From contig CM074513.1 in the NCBI GenBank assembly GCA_037379345.1, positions 39,552,885 through 39,616,884 of the forward strand: DNA of 64,000 bases. Reading direction: 5' to 3'. Each line of letters starts with the position of its first letter. The first letter of the stretch is position 1. Of this stretch, positions 40,818-55,240 are shown piece by piece. Under the pieces are notes generated by a model, which was not told the DNA's origin, did no database searches, and was given only the letters and a program-made list of their open reading frames with translations. Made by a program: the position numbers and the translations under genes. This stretch comes from Perna viridis. Lineage: Eukaryota.

Positions 40818-41274
40818 GGAATTGGTGCAAAACAATGACAGAAAAAACATTTTCATACAGTCAGATTTCTTAGTTTTCATGGATAGAGATGTTGTATATG
40901 AATTGCTCATTAATGGAATTACGTTTTTACATTGTTCGAACTTTCTTTGTCTGCTCATTTTGTATCAATTATTCGCAGTTTTCGAATATACGGTAACTAC
41001 AAACTATATATACGTATGATTCTCTAAGATACCAGTTACTGCACAATGAGATTTTGAGTCTCCATTTCCGGGTTAAGATATAGTACGGAATGTAAACTGA
41101 GAGACATACTTATCAGCTGCATCGCACAGACAACAAAACAAGTCATTAACTTGCATATGTACTTAAACTTTGGACCACTTACCTCTTCATGTGTTAAGTC
41201 CTTCGATGGGTTTTCTTTACAACTAAGATTAAGCGGGAAACTCAATACTTTCGATTTGTTTTAATAATGTATAA

Positions 41275-41567
41275 CGAGAATAGAAATGGTGCATATGTCA
41301 AAGAGACAACAACCCAAACGGGATGAAAAACGTCGGCTGAAGGCCTCCCATGAGTCTTCAATGAATGACGAGGAAACCCTCACACCACAAGGCATGCTGC
41401 AACTTGCCTCAAAAAAACATTATACAAAGGTACAGCGAAGTAGTTGCCCCCATATACTCCAGCAAACTGAAAATAAAGAGGAAACATACAGAGGCCAATA
41501 ATTCCTGACTTGGGATAGGCGCAAAAATGCGGCGGGGTGGAAGTATTTTGGAGTAATCACAACCCTC
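41275..41567 (-). repeat. Dispersed repeat, diverged relative of 44730-45165
   Basis: Reverse complement ggagggttgtgat...ccccgccgcatttttgcgcctatcccaagtcaggaattattggcctctgtatg aligns with 44885-44970. Confidence 0.6.
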
Positions 41568-44500
41568 CATTACGCAAAAAAAAAAACGATAGTCGGTTCA
41601 CCTATTTTTTTACGTAACAGCAATAAAATCATTCAGAGGAAAATATGACATAACCTATTCCCCAATCAACATTGACTTGATAGAAAAAAAAACAGGTAAA
41701 GAAAGTAAAAAATAGTAAAACCGCCAAAGTTAAAATAAGACATAAAGTATAAGGAACACAACTTCCAACCAAATCCATAGACGGGGTGCCTCGACAAGGT
41801 ATGCTTGATATGATTTTTTTATATAATCTCATAGCATTGTTTACATGCTTTGAGAAAATGAATGACATGTATATAAGGAAAATATAGCTGTCCTTTCAGC
41901 TCAAGATGGGCACAGCGGCAATACACATTGACCAACATATTGTCACGACGGCACAACTCCTTATGCAATTAGAAATATGCTTCCTAAAAATATGATGTAT
42001 TTCGAAATATGAGTATTTGGAGCCATTGTTCAAACTTAGATGAAAAGTAAAGGAAAGGAAGCAGCACATGGTATTTAGTAATTATAAGGACACAAACAGT
42101 ATTTTATTAGTTGTGCCACCAGGATCCCATGAAAATATAAGAGCATGTTTAAAGTACACTAATATTAATAAGCTGTTTAGCGTTCTCTGACTTTTTGAAA
42201 ACTGTCACTATACATAATGTAAGATGAATTTCCCGGTAGTATACAGAAGAGGAAATTAATAAAAATCATATCGTAGAGATGGGTATACAGTATCGTTCTA
42301 TGATACATGCGGGCAATCATTTATTCGTTATTAGAATGGCGAAATATTAATTATGAATAGTATACACTACAACAGTGACCTCTGTGATATAAATGTGAAG
42401 ACGAATTTACTAAATCGGATCTTGGGTAAGGATCATAAAGCACAAATAATTTTGGGCCGAGTTTATAAATCATGAAAAATAGTGTTACCTGCAGTGTTTT
42501 AAACCCAATAACTGTCTTTATAAGTCAAGACTCATACGTAAATCAGGGCAATAAAAAATTAAACGGCAAATACATCTCTTCAGTTGCTCCTAGCTACTCT
42601 AGCGCAAATATCAAATGCTTACATAGTCTAAACTTATTAATGTCTTGTTATGGTTAAGTTATGATGAATTATGACATTTTGACATTTCTTCAATTAAAAC
42701 ACTATCAGAAGTTAATCACTGTCACCGTGTGGTCAGTTACATGTCAGATTGTCAAACTAAGTCGGAAGCTTACTCAGGTATTCTTTCCATGCTTGGCAGG
42801 TAGACACCTAAGATAAACAAGGTCTTCCGAGTGTAACCAAGAACATGAATGAATGCTTTCACATAAGAAACAGACATGGTTTTTGTGCATGAACCGATCT
42901 TCCAACCTTTCTTGCATATATTTCATTTACAATTTTGCACATGTCCATTTTTTGTTCAAGCTTATTGCATCTGCATGTTTGCAACATATTATTCATACTA
43001 TTAAGCATGGCCAGTGACTTTCACTTATTCGAATTTAACAATTGTGATTGCTTTCAATATTTGTTTTATTTAATCCAAAATATACTATAATCCTCTCCAT
43101 CAACTGTTTGACTTCATTTTTTTCATTTCAAATTTTAAATTCAAATTCAAATGCATCTATAATTCCATGATTTCTAAGTCTAATCGTTTATATTTTTCTT
43201 GAAATCTTGTTAACGCCTTATAAGCATATATATATGCTTTCAAATATCAACGGATGACGCTTAGAAACTCTCTACCGAGGCACTTTTCTTATAGTACAAA
43301 GTTTACGGTGAAGAAGTTCATTGACTATTAGTTCATTTTTGTTTTCAGTTCCTGATTATTTTATTTGTGCTTGTTACCTTGTCGCCCCTTTTGTTCCTCG
43401 ATATTTAAATTTTGATTGCAGTTCTAATGGCGACTACCCCCTGTTTTTAATCTCCATAGGATTATGCCTTAACAAGTGCTTTTGGTCGAATCGATGGGAT
43501 ATGTTGTCTACGAAAACATTCTTATTTTAAGTCTAGTGGAATTACATGTAGAATAAACATTGATGGTTTAGGTAAATAAAACTCAGGATCCAATCTCAAA
43601 CCTGCATTGACTATGAAAACATTTAAAATAATCCGTGTGTTGAATTAATTGGAAAGTTGTTATGCGCTATTTTGCTACATCGGCACGATGCGTGTGTCGC
43701 AAGTAACATAAATGGTTATTGGTAATTGAATCTTCAAAATAACATGGACAAATGTTGCTTCTCTTCTACTAATTGTTATTTGATTGTGTGTTTTGTTTTA
43801 TCACTCGTTTGTTTGAAAAATAACAACTTTAACTAATTACCTGACTGTAAAATAGTATTTTTATATGTAGTATTTCATTCACTTGTTTTGGTTTTTTTTT
43901 GTAAGTCGATCGAGTACCATTTATCCTCCAATAGAAGTCCCTTGTTCTATGTTAGAATTGTTTGTAAGTCCCTTTTATATCTGCAGATTCCGTTATTAAG
44001 TATCTCGGGGGCATGAAGTATGGACAAATATGTACAGAGAATGACAATCGATGTATTTGAACATTAGTTAATTACCATGAAGAAGCTTGCAGAATAGAGA
44101 TAATAAAACAGAAATGAAAAACAATTTTCTGTATTTATTTGCTGTGTGACCCAACAACAAATAAAAAGCTTTTAAATATCAGCTTTTTTCTGAACTTTCA
44201 AACAATTAAGCTGCCTTTTGTTGACATATATGATTTCTCCGATGCACTTTTGATTGAATAATAAATATCGAATGTGAAATTTTCCAATAAGTTGTCATTT
44301 TATGAATTTTTATAGCTTCATATTAAACTGATAAGAATTGAATTGTATGGAAGAATTATTCAGAGTGCAACACCTTTGGTTATTGTCGGAGAAAACAAAA
44401 CTGAAATCGATGCCGTTTTATTGTCACTTGAAATAGAGCTGAATCACAGGCGAACAATAATTCAAGAAAGAACACAGAAAAAAAACTCAAAGGGTGTGAA

Positions 44501-44729
44501 GCAACGAACCCTTTCTAACACACCATAAATATCACATGACATTCTCTTATATTTCGAAAATGCTCTTATGAATATAAATTGTCTTCCTTAAAGTGTAAGC
44601 AATGTATCATTTTCCAGAGATGCCATTTATAATAAGATTACTTTAAGTTTACCGATTTTTTCGTTTACATTTTTTATCGTATATTGTTTTATAAAACGGC
44701 TTCCGTACAATGAGGACATTTTGTAGGTT

Positions 44730-45165
44730 TAAGCTGGTCTGAAACTGGCATGTCAGTTAACTGCTAGTAGTGATTTCTTTTTAAATTTTGTGTAACGTAT
44801 AATCGGTTTCTTCAATCCTGTCTGAACTGATTTTAGGTGCGTTTAATTATGTAAAATTTGTCCACAGTGGCCAGATTTAAAAGGGAGAAGGTTGTGATCA
44901 CGACACGATATTTTATTCCCGTTGCATTTTTTAACTGTCCCGTTGCGGGAATTTCTGGTCTCTGTATGTCTTGTTTCGTTTTCACTTTCAGTTTACTTTT
45001 ATGCTGCTGGAGTATATAGGGCAACTACTTTGCTGTACCTGTGTATAATGTTGTTTTGGGGCCAGCTGCCGCCTGTGGCGTGAGCGTTTCATTGAAAACC
45101 TATGAATTGCCTTGAGATGACATTTTTCATGGGGTTTTTAATATCATTTTGACGTTGTCTGAATG
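44730..45165 (+). repeat. Dispersed repeat, old copy
   Basis: ggagaaggttgtgatc...cccgttgcattttttaactgtcccgttgcgggaatttctggtctctgtatg and ggggccagctg...attgaaaacctatg mirror the 41275-41567 element; boundaries approximate. Confidence 0.55.
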
Positions 45166-45840
45166 TTTCATTACAGCGTTTTTAAGGAGATTACCAATCG
45201 AATATGTCGATTAAAATATATGCTATACATACTTGTAGTAATCTTATCTTAACATGCATTTATTCCAAACAAATTGTGTCGAATACGCTCACGTTGATTT
45301 CCGTTGTACGCCATGTCACTGTCAATCCGTATATTGCATATAACGCTAACTACAACTAGAAGTACATTCTATAACGGTGAGTACATAGCTAGTATACCAT
45401 TTAACAACCCCAATACAGTGTATGACTAAAGTGTCTATGTACACGTAATTTAAAATGACAAATTTTGCCATAGTCCTTTCAGTGGCACGAGCAGCTCTGC
45501 ATTTGTTTTAGAAAATAAAGGAGGAACCCTACCAGTGTATATATGTGTCGAATTATCCCATTCTTAGAATGTGACTGAGTTTCGCTTCTCTTGCTTTTAT
45601 TTAAAGTACATTTTTTGTAATGTTTATTTTTTATTAGTAAAAACAAAAAAATTGCATTGTGATACCAACTGAACGGTAGGCATTCATGACAGCCCGATGT
45701 GATGATATCCATATAAGTCAGAAAAGAAATCAGCCATAATACACACATCAGTGATTGGTAGTGAAAAGTAGAAATATATGATAAACATAATTTGATATAT
45801 ACAATGTATTTATAATTCGATCACATACCAACATCACCTC

Positions 45841-46045
45841 TCAACCTATAAAAACCCTCGAGCATTCTTGATATTGGGCCATTATAATATCATGCATTCT
45901 TCTGACTGTGTGCACTTTGTCGGACGAGTCTTTCACGTAAATTTTCCCATTTGTCGTCCAGTGACCTTTGACTTTGCTATCCTTTGCTAGTTGTCTAACA
46001 TGCCAATACATTCGATTACGCAATTATGTAAGTTTTGAAAAGACA
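45841..46045 (-). pseudogene. Decayed non-LTR retrotransposon ORF1 C-terminal domain (CR1/L2-type)
   Basis: KLT*LRNRMYWHVRQLAKDSKVKGHWTTNGKIYVKDSSDKVHTVRRMHDI matches the LT..R..L...R......WT.NGKI.V......I....DL pattern of LINE ORF1 C-termini; in-frame stop upstream. Confidence 0.6.
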
Positions 46046-49000
46046 GACGATAAAACGTTTAATGTACACGATAAATACAAATGGCAATACTAAATTAACC
46101 ATATTGATATATATACATATCTAATTAATAACACAATAGCCCTACATCATGTTACAAATAATGATATCAGTTTTAATTTTTTAAGGCTTCTTTTAATTTT
46201 TAAAAAGGTTTTGATTAGAGTGAACTATTTGTATGAATACAACAAGGAAAAAATCTTATGTGCATATAACATTTTTTGATTACTTAATCAATGTACTCGT
46301 ACATTTACCTAACTGATGCCACAGTATACCTCCTATGAAGAAGACTATATTTCGTCGATATGAAACCCGGTGTTGACAATGCCAGAACAAACAGATGACG
46401 CTTTGCCAACTAAATATATCCCAAATCTAAGAGGAAGTTATGTAATTCTATTGTATTTTGTAAAATTTCCAGTCGCTGGATCCTTTGGGTGAACAATGTG
46501 CACGTGTAGATAATATAATAGTGTTAAAGTATGGATAAAGTGCAAAAAGGGTCCGCGTTAATTCTGTATCGTGTTCTGTAGGGCATTTCAAATATTTAAA
46601 GTATATAGAGAGGTATTTCTATAAACGCAAGGATAATATTGTCGTCACACAATCAACCATTTTGCTTAAGGGAGGTTGGGGACGGTCAATGTTATTTGTT
46701 TGTAAATTATGCAGGATAAGGTAAAGTATAGAGGTTAAGATCTGTTAAACTTTCGTCCCTTTTTTGTTCAAAACTAGTTTCCAGTATCTTATCTCATACA
46801 ATAAATTACATTTGTTAATTGATATCAAGTTTAGTTTGTTTTCAGTTGATTGAATCCTTTCCATTCGCTAGACGTCTTAATAGGGTTTTTCTAAGACCTG
46901 CATGAAAGGTTTGATGAGTCTTTTTGTCAGCACAACAAAATGTTATCCATTTAACGCGGGAACACTAAAGTAAAAATGTCGTGACATATAAATCGTTATT
47001 ATATATATATATTAACGTAAATATAATAAATCTACAAACACAATTTTGAATCAAATAAGTTTGAAAAATATGTTTTCTGTTCTAAGACTTACAGTTGTAC
47101 TGATATCAGTAGATATTCACAAAATGTACAGATTTCAACGCCAAATCTAATGTGTGGTACACAAATAAATTTTCTAAATTAAAGACCCAGGAGGTACAGA
47201 AATTGATGTGTGTTTTTTATACATGTAAAATAACATACACTTGTACGCCGGACTTAAATTGTTTTCATAAAAAGGGTAACCTTAAACATGTGAAGAAAAT
47301 ATTTCACATATCAATTAATGTTACATATTCTTTACATTTTATCAGAGAAGGAGTGTCTTCAGATGATATTTCATATCCTCCATACTAATTTATTGCTCAA
47401 AACCAAACTCTGTCATCTGTCTTGGTGGGACCTAAAACGAAACAGAAAGAAGGAATTACCTTACAGAACGTTTGTGATAAAGTACTTGCGAGAATTACAT
47501 AACATCTAATCATTTATACACAGGACCTTTGAAGACAGATAAAACTATAATAAAGGTGTAAAGATTATGCAATTTCGACCTGCCTATCTTTTCAAACCGG
47601 ATTGACATTTAATACGTATGAAATATGCATTTATGCTGCATGTTTGTTCACCGAAACTTCTGGGTGAGTGCATGTAGATCAAAATGTCATAAGTGGAGAT
47701 TTAAATGATTCGGCGGAATATTGTAAATTGAAATTAAATAAGAAGCAAGTCTTTTATGTGTGTAGGTCACAGTGTCAGTACCACCTTGAAATAGTTTTTA
47801 TACTAGATAACATTGTTAATATATGTATAACATCCCCTTTAGATCTGTCGTTGTTAGCCATATTCATTTAATACGTATGTCGATCCGTAAAACAAAGGTT
47901 TCGACCACTTATTAAAGTATAGTGGGATTTATATAAGACGTGGGAAAGGGTTATAGCTATACGTTTATGTAGTTGTGACATCAGATAAGAAAGATGTTAA
48001 ACAGTTTGGATTACATGGAAAATGAATGAAATAATATCAAGCTCCGAAAATCCTTGATATGTTCAGTAACACTGTCGTCAAGTTTGATACCCTTGAGGCA
48101 TCATAAAGATACCATGTAACATATTCATCCGAGTTTTATAATGAAAGACGGCTTCGATGGATTGTTATGAGCATGTAAGAAGTTGCAAATGACGCTTTTT
48201 GGAAAGATAACATGTCATAAAGGAGGAATGTCTATTCTATACCTTTACACAATTACATAAATGTTTGGCATTGCTCTATGACATGTAAAATCTGATATGA
48301 ACAGATACAGAATAGAAGGAAATTAAAATCAGTCTATGTATTCAAGATTAAGTTCCAGGATACATATTTTATAGTTTAATACATTTTCCCATGGTTTGAC
48401 CTTAATTGACAAGTACTTAATTTTAGTTTACTGTGATTACTCGATTAATGTGATTCATTTTAGTAGTAATGTCTTATGACCGACTACAAGCTTCAAAAAG
48501 TTAAACGATTTGCGGGGTCATGTTCAAGTAGTGATCCCACGTGTTAAAAAGATATTCAATTCAGCCTCTGATGAAACGATTACATTGTTTTTGGTCATTG
48601 CAAACACGTTTTAACTATAATAGATGCTCATTTATCAGGAGATATATGCCTTTCTGGGTCAGCTCACATATTCCATGTTAAATGTAAAATCTGACACCGT
48701 CCACTTGGGAGGTGAATAAAAGGACAAAAGCCCAACTGATCTTTGTAGTATACAGTATTGTAAGGTCACGGCCCGATTTGCTTCTTCGTGACCTGAGGAC
48801 GAGTTGATAAAGGCCATGTAAGAATGAGAACAGACGTGTGAAGATCGTCGAACTTCGTTCAAATGGTAAGAAGATCGCTTGACCCTTGTTAAATATGGTA
48901 GTTTGGCTAATGATGAAAGTGGGTATTTATGTAAGCCATTTAATGTATTAATGATACGCCTGTTCCTGTCATTCGTAGCGGGAGGGTCCTACTAACTAGA

Positions 49001-52000
49001 TGTTGGTGAAGACATTATAACATGTCTCTTTTACGGAAAATAAACAAGGTGTGGAAACCAATTACAATGCAATTTAACAAGAGAAATATCATTAACATAT
49101 TTAATGAAGCACGTACTTTTAAGATAATAATAAAAGTAAAAAGAATGTTTTGGAAAGATGTTGGATCATGTGCTATTTTTACTCGAGGTGTCACACGGAA
49201 GAAGATCAACTAAGGAAAAATAATCTCATAAAACCCACATGGTAAATGGATCTCAAATTTCTTAGAAAAGGATTGTCCCAAATGTGGATTGATAACAGTA
49301 ATGTTTATTTTAAACACCCTCCATCCTTTTTTATTATGGCTCTGCATAACATGATCGATCATGAAAATAAAAAAAAAGTGAAAAGCACCATTAACAATCA
49401 ATCTAACTGAAATTCCAGAAGATTTACTGAATACAGTCTGGATCCATGAATCTCTGTCTTTATCTTCAAAGCACTGGGAGATATGTACCTGATTCTATTT
49501 TCCACCAATCATAAAATATAGAAAATCTCTCTATTGAAAGATGGCCCATGATCTAAATGACGCCAACTTCCGTGATACCGTATGCAATTTAACCTTGGAT
49601 CATGCTTAGATAAATACATGTGCAGTAGTTATCATTTAAAGAAATTTATTACCACATAAATATATGCATGTGGTTATCTAAGTGAAGCTCGTTTGATATC
49701 TTTTTGATATGAGGATTCAGGTTTTCTAGCTTTAATGTTCATTTAATGTCATTCTTCAAGCGAAGACTTGCTGCATATTATGATAATTAACCAGGTCTAC
49801 CAGGTGATATAACGGTTAAACTTAGACAGATTATGTAACAATCACCTCTTTACATACAACAGTAAGGGAATTGGTTTATCCTCTCCTACGTGCAAAATAT
49901 ATTCAACTAAGTTTCTGCAACATGGTTCGTACGCCATGATCAAGTGATCAGATGTTAAAAACCTACTGTTCATTTTTGTATTTTCATATAAACATCCTAA
50001 TTACTTAATAAGTTAATGGTTTTTTCGTTAGAATAATCTTAGACGCAACTTTCAATTTCAAATGAATCTCATCCACACTAATTCTTTACCGTTAAGAAAG
50101 TTAAGAATTGGCTTGGGGTTATTACTCTGTCCGGTATCATATTGGGATTCTGTGTTGTTTTCAAAAATCGGTATCTTATGGGGAGTTTTTAGGGATAGTT
50201 GGTGGTTTTTATTTGACAAATGTAAGCGTGGTACTAGACGCGACCAAGCAAATGTCATAAAGCAATATCCACAATTATATACACCCTTTGCGATGACATG
50301 CAGGTCAGGTATGTGTCATTTGTTATTTCAATCAATTCAAACAATTTGTGTTATAATGTATTTTTTGGCGTAAAACCATGTATTCCTTCCCAGTACATAC
50401 TTAGTTTCTTTTTCTATGAGCGATCTACAGTTTTGGTTTCAGTCATAAGATGCTAGGTTGAGGTTCCATGTATATAGACGTGACTTTTGGGGCATATTAC
50501 AATGCACATGTACTGCAGTAAGAATACATGCTCTGTACTGGTTATTTTACTCTATCAACGAATACAGTATGTCTTACATGCTTCGATCATAAATTTTCAA
50601 TATGCTTTAGCAGATGATGAGATGAAAACCCTGATTAGATAAATTGTGCTATCACCCAGACTAATAAATTAAAGATTTCAATTGCATCATACGCAGCAGT
50701 ATCATCTTTTTCTGAAAATAAACTCAAGATATAACTCGCAGAAATACAGGTGCTCGTTAATTAAAGGTCAATTTGGCCTTGTTACAATTTTTGTTTGCAA
50801 TGCATCATTACCTTCCAATAAATTGATGCAATTTATTACGAAATAAGTAGAGTGATTATCATGTTGATCTGAGGTATTATGTTCATGTCTGCTTGAAAGG
50901 CCAATTACAACAGACCTTTTCCGTTAACTCTGTACACCATATCGACCTTAAGTGATTCTTTACACAGTTAGAGGGGTTACCGTAGGAAACAGTCTACAAA
51001 CAGGAGATTTTTTTTCAACAGACGTTTTGGCATAACTTATTGTCTTCTGGTATTTTTAAACACCATCATTAGTATTTTGAGATGAAACCAGACAAGCGGT
51101 ATACCGTTTATTGGCTTTACAACAGGAATATGTATGCTTACCTAAAAGCCTTATTTAACGACCTTCGCACTTCAGTGCATAAATTTTTAAAAAAATCAAT
51201 TGTTTGTTTCCTGGATTTATGACACTTTACAAAAAACTCCTCAGCTTTAGAGCACTTCTAGTCCCTCTTCTAAATATATATATATGTATATGGTTATCGT
51301 GCTAACATACGTATACACGTAGCACATTATGCTAGTATCTTTCTTGGTATAACATTTTCAAGCTGGAGAAAATTAAAAAAGAATTCAATGTCTGTCTTAT
51401 TGGTCAGGCATATCTGTGTTTCTAAATGATTGATTGTCTTTTAAAGTGTGATAGTAAACTGTCGAAAATCATTTTTCTATTTTTTCATTATTTCATTATT
51501 TCCTTTTTTTTTATCATTATTTTTGTTCATGCGGGTTGTACACTTTGCTTACATATTGTATGCTACAGATCTAAAAGAACATTTGATTTGATTTTAAAAA
51601 AGTTATGTACATGACTGTATATATTTACTTTTTAACAATTATACTCTGACATGAAAAACGAATTTGTTACTATCGCCTAAGTACGTAGTAGTTTGAGAGT
51701 TTGACCACTTATTTGACTAGGAATACAAGATATTCCATTACATGTAAACGATGTCGGATATATAAATAACCGTTCATCATAATTATACTGACCTTATCTT
51801 ATTGAAAATATGTATTGTATATTTTTTCAACACATGATAAATGTTCTATTTCAGGGTGCCTTTGGTGAAGACATTTTCTTAAAATCTTGCATATGGTTAT
51901 ACTTATTGCAGAAAAAAAATATACTGGTTAATAAACTGAACAAAGAGAGAAAAATATTTAATAAAAACATCAAAACAAAGCCTCTACTGAAATAAATTCG

Positions 52001-55000
52001 CTCCGTTTGTGGTAACATTGCATATGTTGAATGTCGTATACTAAGTTTGTTTCTCAAACCACCTAGACAATTTTGTTACAAACTATACAGTTCAGACAGT
52101 TGCTTTGACGACACACACTGTGCACCTCGCATAAACTAAAGGTATGCACTTAATTAGTCTTTTAAATTTGACATCTTTAATATGAATTTGACATAACAGT
52201 GTCCTTCGTTAGGTATCCTAAACTTAAAATTCCGACCTATCTAGCCTGCCGTATTATCTTTTATGCCCTTTGTATTAAACATTATTGATTTCCTAACGTT
52301 ATTCTGAAACTAAAAGAAAGCCAGTTTGATCCCTGATCCCCGGGTATATCCTTATGTCACAGACATTCTTGTGTCGCTCTGTGCAGAAATATAAACATGG
52401 TGCAAGACGTCTCAAACAGGATATTAGATAGATATATTTTCTGATGACCTGAATTGTCGACTATTTAAGAACTTATCACCGATAGAAGATGTACTTAGGG
52501 TTAGATAAATTTAAAGAATTTGGGAGATAGCCGATTTTGGGAAATACTTTTCAACAAAATAATAGTTTCTCAAATATGGCTTCATAGTTATGTATATATT
52601 TATTTTACACTTGCATTCTGACATGAAACGGTTGTGTTACTTTTACCAAAGTGCGTTGTTGTTTGTGTGTTTAAGCAAATACCTTAACATTGACACTACC
52701 CCAATAGACTAGAACAAACGTCCATGAAATTCTACCATCGAACGTTACACTATACTTGTGCTATTCAGACATAATGTTTTCTGTCTATTTTTGTATTGAA
52801 CTAATCTTCAATTTGCCAAACAGGTAGCTATAGTATGGCGTTAACTGTTTGATGGTATATAAAAAGAGTATTGTAGATTTTATTTTAAAATTGCCATTTT
52901 CTTATTCTTTTACTATACATGGATACATGGGTACCATGTACAGACAGAAACTTTTAACAAGAAACATAAATTATGTAAAACATACAAAAGCAAGGATTGG
53001 AACCATCTGACTTGTTTATTATTTCGTACATATATATGTATTCTACAATTTGAAATAAAACAAATCAGTCACTGTTTAAAATATTAAAACTGGCAGAAAA
53101 ATGAAGCTTCTGGCAAATAATGAATAAATAAATATACATTTTGAGTTTTCATGAAAAGGGTGATAAGGAAGTAATATCTCCATTTGTCAGTTTCGTGGAA
53201 TATTCCATTTTTAAATATACTAAATATTTATTTTTACAGTTGCCTTGGATTTCCGTAAACTTGACTATGCATGGCCAATGGTTTCGACAGTTTTGTTAAT
53301 ATTCTTTATGTAAGTATAGAGAATGCTTAAGTTGTCTCTCACAATCTACAAAAAATTGATAAAAAATTAAATTGAGTATCAATTTTGACAACACTAGATT
53401 TACAGTCAGGGATAAACCCTTGAGTCATTTATATACCCAATTAGATAAATGAAATATCAAGATTGTCCTTATGAATTTGTACCGTATCTGGGAAATATAA
53501 GGCACCGTCTCCTCGTTAGAAAATATTATATGGCACTTTATTGACTAGCGGATTAGCATCTGCAAACACAAGTGCGATCAAGTTTCGTATTTAAACTGAC
53601 ATTTCATGCAATTTTAGAGAAACTTTAACCTATGTGTTTAAACAAATATCAATTATGCAATTTTATAAACCTTGGATTTTATTAAACAATTACTCCATCT
53701 GCGCTGCAGGTTAGAATATGAATGCATTTTAATTAATATCTAAGGATATTTATCCTTATTAAGATTCTTTATTTGTTATACTTAATGATATCAACTAACG
53801 CATTAAAAATTAACAAGTTAATGTTGTTGTTTTATCTAAGTCTGTATGCACCTGCTGCAATGTAATGAAATGAAATCTTAATTAGACTTCTGATCGAAAT
53901 ATGCTATGGTTTACGATAATTAAGATTAAAAAAACAACAAATTTATACGTGTCATTATTAGATTTGTCTCCTAAAATAAAAAAAAAAATCATTCTTAATA
54001 CTTCAAACTGGCTTATTAGTTATAGTAATTACAAGATACAATGTAAGTGCGGTCTATTTTTTGTTGGAAATACGGATTCTCCCAATGAACACTATGCTTA
54101 TTAAACCCATCTACATTTTAATCTACGTATTGCTATTTTACAAATCTAATTTTGATGAAGGTGAATAATCCAGTGAACGAGCTGACTACCCAAGAGAGTG
54201 TGTCCATGGTATCAATCTGGTTACTACAGATGGCGTTTTAACCACTTGTATTATCCTATGACAGATCTGCTTAAATTAGTTCTAGCCTTTCCGCCCCTCT
54301 ATCATTTGTCAATGACAGCAAACGGGTGGTAAACACTCGAAAACGACAAGACTTAATTTAGTGCCTTTCCTAGAATCCAACACATTTATGGTAAATATCG
54401 AGAAAGGAAATTTGTACCGTATTCATTGATAATTTGATCAAGCGGTAATTGATTGGCATGCAGTTTCTGGTTACAGAGAAAACAGACATTTTAATGGCTT
54501 TGGTTTGTGGTCAACGGTTCCACTGGAAACGAGAGAAGTATTATCATTCCTGTGAATTACAGTTTTCAGTTTAAAGAAAATATTTGTAAAATGTTTTTTG
54601 AATATTATTTGGAAATGAAAAATGTACTTTGCCTTTTATGTATTTTTTGTAAATATTTTATTCAAAAGATTGGTTTTTATTTGAGCTTACCCCACGATAC
54701 GTATTGTTAATTGGTTATATCAATATTTTTTTTAAATAAAAAATAAAAATTAAATTTTTTGGAATAGAGAGTGTTCAGTTTTAAATATTTTTGATAAAAA
54801 ATATTGTATGGTTAAGAAATCGAATTAAATGAGTCAACAATAATTAAGTCAAATTATTATTTCAGTCGCACATCGTTTGCTCACAAAAAGGATATTTTAA
54901 CAATGTATCTAAAAGAGCACAACTTTTCATATAAAACATATTTTAAAAAATGTACTTGTAAACAACCATTTTTCACAATTGAATATATCAAACCAGTAAT

Positions 55001-55109
55001 AATACTCCATATTGTGAAAATGAAATATGATATTCTATATCATCATTTTAAGATTGTTACTTTTAATACCAGCGTATATATTTGAGTGGTGGAATTCTAA
55101 AGGGGTACC

Positions 55110-55240
55110 AATTGAAAAAAAAGAAGAAAACAACAAACAATCAAAAAACAAAAGAAAACAAAGCAAAATATAAAAAAAAAAAGAAACAAAAAAAAAAAAA
55201 AAACAAAAAAAAGAAAGAAAGAAGGAAAGCAAACCAACAT
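55110..55240. repeat. A-rich low-complexity tract
   Basis: Interrupted poly-A read directly; explains the F-rich ORFs on the minus strand. Confidence 0.85.

Noticed and set aside
45962-45974. Good DR1 (TGACCT-T-TGACTT)
   Set aside because: Lies inside the LINE ORF1 remnant and is explained by its codons; not counted as regulatory
48568-48578. CTGATGAAAC hammerhead-like core
   Set aside because: No stem II between CTGATGA and GAAA and no flanking helices
49015-49520. Short ORFs on both strands and an LRR-cap-like NLTEIPEDL peptide
   Set aside because: Interrupted by stops with no further LRR pattern; probably chance
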